A stretch of DNA of 60,299 bases, the filler included, from Basidioascus undulatus (lineage: Eukaryota), in NCBI GenBank assembly GCA_000826855.1. It is 6 parts of 6 records of this genome, joined end to end, with 100 filler letters (N's around TTAATTAATTAA, not from the genome) between each part and the next. Parts side by side here need not be neighbours in the genome. Positions count along the whole stretch, not along the records: positions 20,176 to 30,142 come from JTLS01001192.1; positions 30,243 to 40,178 come from JTLS01001193.1; 4 more parts are not named here. One strand, given 5' to 3'. A program made the position numbers and the translations under genes. The notes beneath the pieces were generated by a model. It searched no databases, was not told the DNA's origin, and saw only the letters and a list, made by a program, of their open reading frames with translations. Each line of letters starts with the position of its first letter. The first letter of the stretch is position 1. Shown here in pieces: positions 24,271 to 35,714 of the stretch.

Positions 24271-24456
24271 ATACTCTGGGAGGTTCATTCGCATCGATCT
24301 TATTTCCTGTCGGTGTCGACGCAGAAAGTCGCAGGGCGATAACAGAGTACGTTCAATGAGATAGCCAAGCGAATAGATCTCAGCTCGCACTCAGTCTCCT
24401 GTCCCAAACCTCGCCAAGTGCAGTACAGTCCTACGCCCCCATATTTGCCGCCTCCA

Positions 24457-24849
24457 CTATCTCCCTAAGCTTGGCCGCGCCCGCGCCGAAAAGACATCAA
24501 TCGCCCACCGCTCCTCGGGCGGGACCTCGTCGTTCACGCGGGTCGGATCGCGCGGGATCCTCCTAGGCTCGAGCAGTCTCCCGGCGGCCATCCTACTGAG
24601 CGAGTACAAAGCCAGGCGCGTGCCGAACGCGCTGACCCCGTACAGAACAGCCTGCGGCAAGATGTCGTACATCTCCCGGAAGCGCTCGCGCATCAGCTCG
24701 TCCGCTTCCTCGCGCGCGAGCAAGTGGCCGAGACCTGCGGGTGACTTGATCATGAGAAAGAAGATCGCTGCTCTCTGCCACGGACGAGGTATGTCGTGGT
24801 GAACTCGCTCCCTCTCACAGAGGGGGAGGGCGCTTGAACTGGGGCACAA
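24457..24849 (-). pseudogene. Fragment of a fungal conserved hypothetical protein with a restriction-endonuclease-like (PD-(D/E)XK) motif
   Basis: IFFLMIKSP...REEADELMRERF...LYGVSAFGTRLALY...IPRDP...DEVPPEERWAIDV resembles a recurrent basidiomycete family (FFLEIK...AD.QMR.RF...LYGVSAFGT). The E of EIK is M here and no N-terminal half is evident. Confidence 0.5.
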
Positions 24850-27800
24850 CTTAGTAGCTGTGCTCCCTGGTGGGGAAGAGATGATGACCCAACTTGCTTC
24901 AATTTGATTCTTTCTTCTCCTCCATCAGAAGGGGTGCTCCAACGCAGCCTATGTGGCAGACGAGCCCGCCGCGTCCGTTCCAGTGCTCTCGTACAAGTGC
25001 TTGGCGAGCGCGGCCGAGGATGAGGAGGGGATGCAAGGGGCGGAGGAACCAGGGGAACCAGGTGCCCGCGGAAAGCCGATGGAGAAGTTTGGGTGTTTCT
25101 CAAGGGACTGGATGATGCGCAAGCTGGCGGAGGCTCTGGGCAGTTGGGGGCGATAGCGGTGGAGCCTGAGCGTGAATATCTTGTCCGATGAGGAATACCG
25201 ACGAACAGAACCCGACCACTCCTAGAGTTCTGTATGAGAATGGCGTAACACAGCACGGTTTCATTAAAGGTCTCTGAAGCATCTTGACAGGGAACTTGCA
25301 AGTTACATCTAGCGCAAGGTGGCACAGCCGCAGGCAGGCATCCAACACAGACAGATTCTCTTAGGTCGCAGACATGATTGAAATCAAGGCCAGTACCGGA
25401 TCAAAGCTCACTATACTCAAACAGTTCAGAGATCTCGTTGAAGGAGCCAAACGTAGCGTCTCATGACATCAAGACAACAAAGTGTACGCATCGCGGCTTG
25501 CGTCGTACCTCCTGCCCTCCATGGTACCAGCTGCAGTCCTACGCCGCCCTATTCCCCTCCTCTACTATCTCCTTGAGCTTGAGCGCCCCTCATCCGAAAG
25601 CACATCCAGCGCCCACGGCTCCTCGGGCCCGACATCGCGCGACTGTCATCGCCGTCGGCTGCGCGAGGCCTGTTTGGCTGCCCGTGGGGCACACGTTGCC
25701 ATGATTCGGGAGGGATCCCGTAAGGTATATCAATGGTGTGGCTACAAAGTTCAAGCATGCTAAAGTGACTCCCTTATGCAGCGACGGCAGTGTGACTGGC
25801 TCCATCCAGATCTGGGTATCCGCACGGCGTGGTCGAACAGTGCGTAGAGGGTAGTAGGCTCAACCGGGATAGGTTGACGAATCTGTTAAATATGCCATGA
25901 ACTGTTCTGCATGAGCGTATGCCAGTCCGCTATCGCCTACCGCCCAAACTCCGCGGTTTCCGGGCCAATCTTGAGGGAAAGGCTAGAACGTACACCCACG
26001 TCCCTGTGATCTTTTCTACATCCTCCTCTTCCTCTACCTTGCTAATAACCTAAACAATATTTCAAAGGGCTACTCGCATAAACAGAGCATCGTAGCTAAC
26101 TTATTCAAAGGACTTTGCACCCAACCCGCGCAGTAAGGACGGCATTAACGCATGGGCCGGCACGGCGTTCAATTGATACGCAGGGGAAAAATATTCGTAA
26201 CATGACAAGTTTAAGAAGGAAAGGTACGTTTCGACCGGTACCTTTCCTAGGAGGTGGAACCGGTCGTCGCCAACGACTCCGGCTCGGGCACTCAGAACCG
26301 AAACGCTGTCCTCGCCTTTGCCAGCGCATTGGTATTCGAGACCTGCATATCAACAGACATGAAAGTTCCATATTTCTCGTTATCCTAGGGGCTCAAGGCC
26401 GCAGCATCCCTGCGGTGGGCCATTTCCGGCTTCCCTTCTCTCCCTGTCACACGACAGCGGTGTGAGCTCCGCTCCGAGCTTGAGGACGGACAGGCATAGG
26501 GGGATAATGATATGTGCACGACTTCATTATTTATTTGGGATAACGATGTCAGTGCTCTTGGTTCATTGGTAGCGAGAGCTCTGCACCGCGAATGTACGTG
26601 CTGGTTGAACGTGAGCGACAGGTTGGCAATCACGACTTGTGGGCTTCATTCACAGCGTAGAACATCTCATCGAAGGCATGCCCTCCAGTTCATCCGCTAG
26701 TTGTTCCATGCTGCAGGTGGCACCGCAGCAGTAAGCTGCCTGTGCTCAATCTCCCCATGACTACCTCTGGAGGCCGACGTCTCACTAGTTACTCATTCAG
26801 TTATGAGAGGAGAGCGCAGCTCGCCACCGGAGATCTACTGCGGGGTCCACAGCCAGAGGATCCCGACTTGGTCCACCGCCAAAGTCCCCTCTCCACTCTC
26901 GACCCCACTACCTTAACACATAGCCCGCGCGTTAGGGGTGATCAGCGAGGGCCAAGGGGCGGTCTCGCCCGACTGGAGGTGCGTGTGGACACTCGGCAAC
27001 TGGGTGTATCCCTCAGGTCTCGCCGTCGCCTGTTCTATGATACAGCTTTTAGTAAGCTCTGCTAAAGTAAAGATGCAAGGGAAGACACATTTGCTGCTCG
27101 CAATACGTGACGAGTTCGTGAGGGTGGGCGCTCAGCCAAGTTCCGTGACTCGAGAGTATAGGAATTCCTCCCAGGTCCAGGGGCAGGCTTCACTAGCAGC
27201 TTACCACGCGGCTGTGGACCGCGGGCTGACAACACGCCACCCTGAATGACACTGTAATGTTCCTCAACATAGGGAGCTCTAAGCTTCTGGCTCCTGTACG
27301 AGGGGTACGTCCTCTGCTACCTTGGGACCGACAGCCTTAAGATCCTCACGCGTTACCTGCCCCCAGGATACACGTTTGATACTCAGTCGGCTAGCAAGAG
27401 GGGCTGGCACCCCGTCAGATCCGGCCAATCAGCGGGTGATTCAGATTACAGCTACCTCGGGGTGTCGCCGATCGGGAATCTCCAGTTCAATGACAAGTCC
27501 TCAGGGATGACGGGGCTGTACTCTGCCCTCGCATCTGAGATACGGGCTGCGCTCTCAAGCCAGGGGAGCGGAGCATTCGTGGGAAGTCTACGAGTTTTAG
27601 ATATTGACACCTGACCCATCGTTCAAGGACTGCAGTTTTATCAATACCCCCATGTGCGTGTTTGATACCCCTCCTCCATGTGCCGCCACCGGAGCGTCGT
27701 TCGTCAAAATCTCCTCCTCGGGCCAGTCTAGGTCTCGAGCGAGGAGAGGTGTGTCTGAGGACCAAGCACTCGTCTCGATCCATTGGCCGTGTGCCAGTAC

Positions 27801-28711
27801 CTTACTGTGTCCCTATCTTCCTCCATTCGGCCACTATCACGGGATCCTCCACCCTCTAGGGAAGCAGAATCTGAGAGAGTAGCCATGGCAGGAGAGGACG
27901 AGCCTGTATAGCTCGCCTGGAGTCATCCCTGGAGGTAGCAGCGCCCTCGCATGCCACTTCGCTGCTACAACACTGTCGAAGGCTGCCACATCGCTGCTCG
28001 AGTTACCAGTTTGAGGATTGAGGGACCGTATGTAGCCACTACTGACTTACCAGTCCCTGCCGTCAGACGTGACCCTAGTGGGATAAGGGCGACGTCGGGG
28101 TGCGCCCACGCAAGGCGTCTGTGGCGGTTGCATGCCTTGCCTGGGCTTTTCTTCAGGCCCCAAGGGCCCGGATCCCAATAGACGCTGATATTCTAGTATG
28201 CTTGTACACCATTGTACTTAGAGTTTCCTTCCTGATTTGATTAAAGCTGAGTGGCCTTGATTGAAGAGTTTGCCCAAGTATTTGTGTGTACCACGGGGCT
28301 GTGGGCAGTTGAGCAGAAAGAGACGCTCGACGACACGGTGGCATGGATACTATTGGAAGCGCTACGGTCGTCGAGCGACCACATTGACGTGACTGAGTCG
28401 AGTATAGTATTCAGGCCTGTTGAAGCATGGCAACCCGGTGCAATTGCGCTCCGACAAAGTGCGAGGAAAACCAAGGCGGTTTTGCTGTTGTTTGCGCCTG
28501 GTGTTTCACGGGCACTCCACGGTGCAGTCCGCGGTTGCGGAAGAGGATGCGACGCGTCGCGTCCTGTGGGAGATGGGGCTTCAACCGCAGACCACTTACC
28601 GCTTTATCCTATTACGTCCAGCTGTCGCAGCTTTCTTGTACAAAAAATTGTGCTCTCGCGGATCGAGTGCTCGCTCGCTGCCAGGCGAGACTGAAAACTA
28701 TCTCTTAGGCG

Positions 28712-30142
28712 AGTAAGTCGCGAGGCTCACGCCGTAGACTGCACCGCGTTCCGTCATACAACGCGCGCTCATGCCCTCCTCATACGCAAACAGTGCCGCC
28801 GAAGAAACCTCCTCCAGGCAATCCCCTCCTGCTCGAGTTCCTCGGTGCAGAGCGAGACCGCCTTGAGGCGAAGGGTGCCTTGCTCCCCCACAACTATTCT
28901 CCGCTCCAGCGCTGTACCTGACCCCCGCTTCGACGCCGCAGGTCTCAAGGCTGCCGAGTCATACAAGAAGGCCTACAAATCCCTGTCCGACTGTCCGCTC
29001 CCCTTCTCGCACCCATGCGAGGCGATCCAGGTCCGTGCGATGATGGAGCTAGCGGGGCGGGAGATGGCCGATGCTGAGAGACAGGAGGGGGCGCGGTTAG
29101 GTGAAGAATATTGGGCCGAAGATGCTGGAGATGCTGGAGAAGAAGATGAAGGAGTATTGCGAGGAGAACAGGCTGCCGATGCCGGAGAAGCGTGAGTCCA
29201 TCATCACCATCTCGTTCGTCATTTGGGCAGCGAGGGAAAGGCTTGTTCTGACGCCTCTCACTCATTCCAGCTTCGACGCGTGCTGTGCCGAAGAAGCGAG
29301 CCGCATCCGCGTCTACATCCGCGCCCAAGACGGCGCAAAACAAGAAGCGCAAGAAGGCGGAGCTGGACGACATGGGGCCTGAGGACCGCGGGTTGTACAC
29401 CGACGACGACGACGACGACGACGACGAGGCGCCCGCACCTGCGCCCGCGCCCAAAAAGCGCGCGGGGAAACAGTATGTCCCTGGGCTCCGTACAGGCGGG
29501 TGAGTCGGCTGGAGGACATCGAGCAAGGCGTGGGATGGAGCGGTGGTCGCTGATGGGTGGGGTGTGTTGAGACAGATACGCCATCCTCGTCGCCCTCGCG
29601 ATGAACACGCCCGATGTCGACTCGGCGCCGAGCCTCCCCAAGGCGGACATCATCGACCAGGCCACACCGTACTGCGATAGCCCATTCGTCTCGCGCGACC
29701 CATCGCAGCATTACACGGGTGCGTCTCCCTCCATCTCCCTCCTTCCCTCGCCAAAGCTGACACACCCGCGTTGGGGGTTAACCCGCAGCTTGGAACTCGA
29801 TGAAGGCGCTCGTCACCAAGGGGCTGGTCTACCAGTCCGGCCACCCGGCCAAGTATGCGCTCACGGAGGATGGCTTCCCGCTCGCGAAGCAGCTCCAGGC
29901 GGGGGCGGGCGCGCCGGACGTGGACGCGTACACGTCCACCGCGTCCGCCGCTGCTGCAGCGCGTGCTTCCGCGCCCCCGCTGAAGCCATCCGTCCACCTC
30001 CCTCCGCGCCCCGTCACGTCCAGCTCATTCACCACCAACGCGGCTGCCTCGAGCTTGCGGCTCCCCTCTCCCGCCCCCGCTCCCTCATCCTCCAGTTTCG
30101 CCCCCTCTCCCCCTGTTTGTCGCTTTTTCCTTTCTTGTCTCT
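28712..30142 (+). CDS. MUS81: Crossover junction endonuclease MUS81, N-terminal half; 3' truncated
   Basis: HhH domain NPLLLEFL...[31 protein letters not shown], then winged helix [16 protein letters not shown]...[16 protein letters not shown]...[16 protein letters not shown]...KYALTEDG. Confidence 0.92.
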
Positions 30143-30242
30143 NNNNNNNNNNNNNNNNNNNNNNNNNNNNNNNNNNNNNNNNNNNNTTAATTAATTAANN
30201 NNNNNNNNNNNNNNNNNNNNNNNNNNNNNNNNNNNNNNNNNN
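30143..30242. other. Artificial contig spacer
   Basis: N44-TTAATTAATTAA-N44. Confidence 0.99.
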
Positions 30243-31036
30243 GGAGGAGCGGGAGGAGCGGGAGGGGGATACGCTGTCTGAACGCGTTCTCTTTCTCCGT
30301 TTCTCTCTTTTTCTCCGTCTCTCCTGGTCTAGTTTTGTGCACCTCGCCGCATCATCCATCATCGTCGCATTGCCCACTCTCGCTCACGCTCACGTCTCGC
30401 ATCGTACTTCCCATCCCGTCTTCTATGCCTCTCGTTGATTCTCCGGACGCTGCAGTATACCTTTTACTTCCTCTCATCTTTCGCCCGTACCCCTCGACCC
30501 CTCGACCCGACGCTGCTTGCTTCGCTGGGTGCGAGCAAGCCGGACCGTATTTGCTTTGTTCGTGCCTTGTTGTGTTTTTGGTTTAGATTACAAGTCTATT
30601 TTGCTGGCTACATTACGAGCTGCGGTGCAGGGTTGCGGGACCTGCGTTGGTTGTGGGATGTCGGGTTGGAAGGAAGTGATGGGTGGGTAGTATATTGCGG
30701 GCGAGGGCAAGGGCTCTTTCAAGTTGCGGTCAACTGGTTGGGCTGGCTTTGCAACCAATATTACGACGATTCTTTCAGAGTCGTTCAACGTACAGTTTGC
30801 CCAGATACATCAACAAGCGCCGCTCTTCCAGAATGATCAGGAAATACACGCTGTTGGTACGTTCGTCTGCAGTACATCCTCCTTGCGGACCGCATTTGGC
30901 ATGGGCACACACCTCGTGCAAAACTGCGTTCCATTCGCGAGGGGAGGATCGCCCCCGTCTTCGCCTCATCATCATCACCCATAATTTCTCTCCGTCCCAG
31001 GCCTCTCAATCGCTTTCGCAGCACCTCTCGCTCGTC

Positions 31037-31928
31037 ATGCCCATGTTCATACCCATCGAAATCATTGCGCACACCATTGGACTGCTGGCCGAGCGCCCAC
31101 ACCCGCTCACCTATCAAAGACATTCCGGGGAGGTGCTAGACGCTGTCGCTCACCCTTGTCTCAAAGGCCGCCGTCCGGCACGACACGCTTCACCACATTC
31201 ATCGTGTGTTGCACAGCAAACTGCCGAGCTCGCAGCTCGCAGCTTCGGCCAGCTCTTCCCCGCGGAATCCATCGGCAGCGGCGGGCCTGATGGCGTAGTC
31301 ACTGACGATGAACTTAGTATTCGGGGCCTCATGGCGCTCTTTGAAATTGCACGGCCTACGCTCCGTCATGTAGTCATGGACAACAAGTCGCAGCCGTGGT
31401 GGATAAGAATAATAGTCGAGCGTTTTAGGTCTACTTGGATGCGCGCGGAGCTAGAGGAACTGGCCCTGTTCCTCACCCCTCAGCTTGACGCACGCCCGTC
31501 AGATGAAGATGCTGGGAACGCTCACCGGGCTGCCCACACGCCGACCTGAGCTCAAGCGGCTCTTCGTGTGGAGTTTTTGCTTCGAACACTTCGGGACGAA
31601 GAGCATCGAACGCTTCACTTCCCTCACCCACCTCCTACTGGACCTGATCGACATACCCCATCCGCTATACACTTCTGGTCAAACTTTCGGTGAACACGAT
31701 AACGAATGCAAGATGGTCCAACTCCGCCATTCATGCCTTGCACACCCTACCCTCCGTCGCGTCGTGCTGCTCGTCCCGCAGGGGTACATCTCCCGCATCC
31801 AGATCGGTTTCGCGGACGAAGCAAAGGATTGCGGAACAGAACTGGTGATTGACGTGCTGGCGGCGCCAACGGACTGGGACCGCGCGTGGGCAGAGAAGTC
31901 CATGCTGCGTGCGACGATGGATGAGTAG
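31037..31928 (+). CDS. Hypothetical F-box-like/LRR-like protein
   Basis: Starts MPMFIPIEIIAHTIGLL (F-box-like) and has LRR-like strands PTLRHVVM, PELKRLFVW, FTSLTHLLL and PTLRRVVL. The frame change near 31480 could be an intron at 31429-31483 or a frameshift. Confidence 0.4.
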
Positions 31929-32952
31929 CTGTGGGGGCTTGACCGCGAAGGGTTGGAGAAGACTCTCGGGTTCCCGATCGAGTGAGGATAGGGGATCTAT
32001 GTGCAGGTGCGGTGAGCCCTTGGTATTGGGCTGAACTGTTGCTTGCTTGTCATCTTGGTTTCTGCGATGCACATGTTTCTGATAACTCTCCCCGTGGAGT
32101 CATCTGCCTACCATCCAAACATACACACTCTTGTCCTTCCTCATCTATCTTCTTGCCCATGAGCACTCTGACATGCCGTGATGGACTCGATGGCAGCAGA
32201 GGGGGCCAGTGGATAGCCGGTGCTGCGCTCCGAGTCTCCGTACACTACCAGACGCTCTGCTTAATGAAAACCTCGACTACTGAAAATAGAGCTACCCCAA
32301 TATGGTATCCAAGCATGTTCCGACGAGGCAGCCCGATGCGTCCTCCGTTCCTTGACCAGGGCGCCAGGTGCCGGCTTGTATCTTCGGGTTGACGAAAGCT
32401 GAACTCTCGCGGTGGGTCGAATACTCTCCAGGGTCAGGTACTGTGTTGCCAGAGGAGTTTGGAGCAAGAAACAATGTTACTACAGTTTTAACCATGGGAA
32501 TTACCCGACTTCCGGCCACAAGATAGATAGGCGTGTCAAGACTGTGCGCAGACTGCCGTAGACTTGCGGCCCACTCACTTATCGGAGGAATTGCTGAGCA
32601 CCGTCAACCACTCAACGCGAAAGCTCTACAGCTCTACATGGCTCTGGCTCAGATTATGAAAGAAAAAGAGAGAGATGCGCTGCTAGCTTGTAACGCTCAT
32701 CCGCCGCCCGGCCAGTTTGCGCACCCCCAAGAAACCCCGCGCCGCCTTACCGCACTTGCCTCAATGCCAAGAACAACCTCGGGCGGCACAGCGCTGCGCA
32801 CCCCTCCCGTATGCACTTGTCGCTCATGCCCTGCCTTTGTGCCTGTTGTTCTCTTCCTTCTCTGCACCACCACCCTCTTTAACGAACACCACCATCACCC
32901 CCGCCCCCGCGCCTTCCGCCACCGACGCCGGAGAGCACACCGCCGGGCTCGC

Positions 32953-35714
32953 ATGCGCACACGACCGATGAAGCTCTTCTCCCCCTCCGGCTCGCCTCTG
33001 GCCTCGCCCCGCACGAGCTTCAGCATGGGCAGCCCGCTCAAGGCAGCGGGCATGAGTCGGCGCACCTCCCGCGTCCTCGTCTTCGCCGCCATCTCCTCCG
33101 CCGCGCTCCTCTTCCTCGGCTCGTCCCCCCTGCGCGCATCCGTCGTGCGCCATTCCGCTGCACCCGAGGGCAGACCCCACGATAGGAGCATCTACGACGG
33201 GCTCCCTCTGCCGCCTATTCGGAGCTGGCCATTTGGGGCAGGGGCTCAGGGGGACGAGGAGGGGGAGTGGTTCCCGGACTGGTTTGGGAATGTGGATGAG
33301 ATCGGACCGAGCCCGTATGATTACGTGCCGCGGAGGAGGGAGAGGAAGGCTAGGGTCCTATTTCTTACCGAGTACAATGGTGCGTCTCTGCTTGATCGAG
33401 GGCTGGTTCCTGGCTGGGCTGAGAGCGCCTTACCCCCCACACAGACTGTAAGACACACCAGCACGCTCTCCCTGCTTCCCTTCTGCCCTGTCCGCAATCA
33501 GTGGCACAGAGCGAAGGGGCAGGGGGCTGCCCTGAACTGTAGTGCTGATGGAAAGGGCAAGCGGACTCGTGCAGACCTGGAGCGGATGAACACCGCGCTG
33601 TATGAGATCGTGGACGCGGCGCTGCGGCATGCGTACGTGGAGGTAGACGTATGGGGGCTCGGCTGGAAAGGTTCGTTCTCTTTCACCTTCCTACCTTCAC
33701 CTCTTCCCCATCCGCTGAGCACGACCCCGCCGGACCTGACCTGACAGGCTGGGACGCCTCCCAGCCCGTCTCGTACAACCTCGCGCGGCGTGTCCTCCCC
33801 TCCGCAGGGCCCGGCGCCGAGCCAGTCGGCACGGGGTACTGGGACGTGGTGTGGACGTTTGCGCGCTTTGGGGAGGACGAGATGATGGACTTGCCTGGTG
33901 AGTCGTGCTGGGCTTGCTTAGGAAGGGACGCGCTGTCGCTGACCGGCGGGGCGAGCGCAATAGGTGGGAAGACACTGCATTTGCATCAGATTGGTGCGTG
34001 CGAGAGAGGAGGGCGAGTGAGTGGGAGGAAAAGGAAAGGCTGATGCGAGCGGAGGTGATGGTAATGGCAGGCGACTGCCATGGCGATATGAGCACTTGTC
34101 GGGTTAATGGGTGGTACCCGCGGACATCGAATGTGCGTCTCTTCTTTCGCAGTCCACCGTATTGCGCTCGCTTGCTGATACCGGGTTGGAATCGACAGAT
34201 CACTATCACGAAGTCCGTTTCTCTCGCACCAGCCCCGACGAACCGCACTGACGCCCCCTTTTCTCTCTTTCTCTGCATCAGATACGCCCACGAGCTGTAC
34301 GTTGGCCTTCGTGCCCCACCTCAGCCTGGACCGTGTATTTTGCTGCGGCAGCCGTGCTGACGTCCGCCCCGGCCCACGCGCAGCTTCGACGCCTTCGGCT
34401 CCTACGACTGGCTGCAGTCCAATTACCCCTCCTTCGAGATGCAGCTCTTCGGGCACAGCCCCGACGCGGCAAACGAGTGGGACTTCTACCCTCCGCGCCG
34501 GTGGGCTGACAAGACGCGGGACGCGACTGTGCTGGGGTTCGATGTGCGTTTCGTTTCCTGGGCGAGCACGGGCAGCGCTGGGGCTGATGAAATGGAGTGG
34601 GGGATGGCGGGATGGTCGGGAAACAGGGCTCATTCTACCCTATCCGCACGACGGTCACGGACGCGATCAGGGAGGGGACGACGTTCATCGAGCGGCACCA
34701 GCATCCTGGTACGCTGCGCCCCGGTTTCTTCCCCTCCAACTTCAACCTCCTGTTAACGCTCTACTCGACTCGCGCAGGATACACTATCTCCCACTCCGAC
34801 GACATCTATCGCCACCCGCCCGCGACGTACGACCCCGCGTCGCCGACGTACGAAAAGCACGTCGCGACGCGCAAGGACTTTGCAAAGTCTATGCGCGACT
34901 CAAGGGTCTGCGTGGTGAGTCCGGGTTCGAGTCTGAGGAAGGCGCTGCGGTGGGGTGTAGCTCGTTGAGCTGATGTGCGGCGGGTGCGTGTGTGCGGGGA
35001 TAGTTCGACTCGGCGCTGGAGCGGAAGGCGATTCGGAAATGTGGGTCGCAAGGTGACTGTCCTTCGCCTCCCAGGCAGTTTTGCTGATCCTCTGGCTTTG
35101 ATGCTTCGCAGATGCTCAAGTACGACAGGCGCCTTTAACCGGACTCTTCCGAGCTCGCTGAGTGCTGACATCCTGCGGGATCTTCCCAGGCGCTTCTCTC
35201 CGGTTGCGTGATCGCTGGCGACCTGCCAACGCAGCACGAGCGCGAGTTCCGGGACTTCGTAATTCAGCTCGAGCCCGAATGGGAAATCGACGTGTGTCTC
35301 GCCTCACCCTCCTTGCTAATCCATCTTTCTCTGACGGTCCGGCCGGCTCCCCCCAGCGCATCAACGCCGCGATCCGCGCCGCCCTTGCCGACCCGCTCGA
35401 GCTCAAGCGCAAGGCGCTCGCAGGCTTCGCGTTCGCCCGGCAGTACTACACCAACCTCGCCAAGGTCGACGGCGTGCTCGACCTCGTCAGCGAGTACCGC
35501 GCCGGCGCCCGCGGGTACGTCTGGCCTGCTGGCTTTTCCGGTGCGTCCTCTGCCCTCCCCATTTTTTTTTTTCCTCTTTCAGGCTGGTGCTGGAGTCGAA
35601 CTGACTGAGGGTTTGAATGATGGAACAGCGAAGTGCAGAACGTACTGGTCTGAGGGAGGGTATCGCCCGCCCTGGTGTGGGACGGAGGGCATGCGCGGAT
35701 TGGAAGGCCGATGA
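32953..35714 (+). CDS. Putative type II membrane GT-B glycosyltransferase, multi-exon
   Basis: N-terminal signal anchor RVLVFAAISSAALLFLG, then ARVLFLT, VDVWGLGWKG and GSFYPIR. The C-terminal part DFAKSMRDSRVCVFDS..ERKAIRKY..ALLSGCVIAGDLP...IRAALADPLELKRKALAGFAFARQYYTN resembles a GT-B (CgeB/GT1-like) nucleotide-sugar lobe. Confidence 0.6.

Noticed and set aside
29400..29427. (GAC)n microsatellite
   Set aside because: It encodes a poly-Asp linker in MUS81 and is unremarkable.
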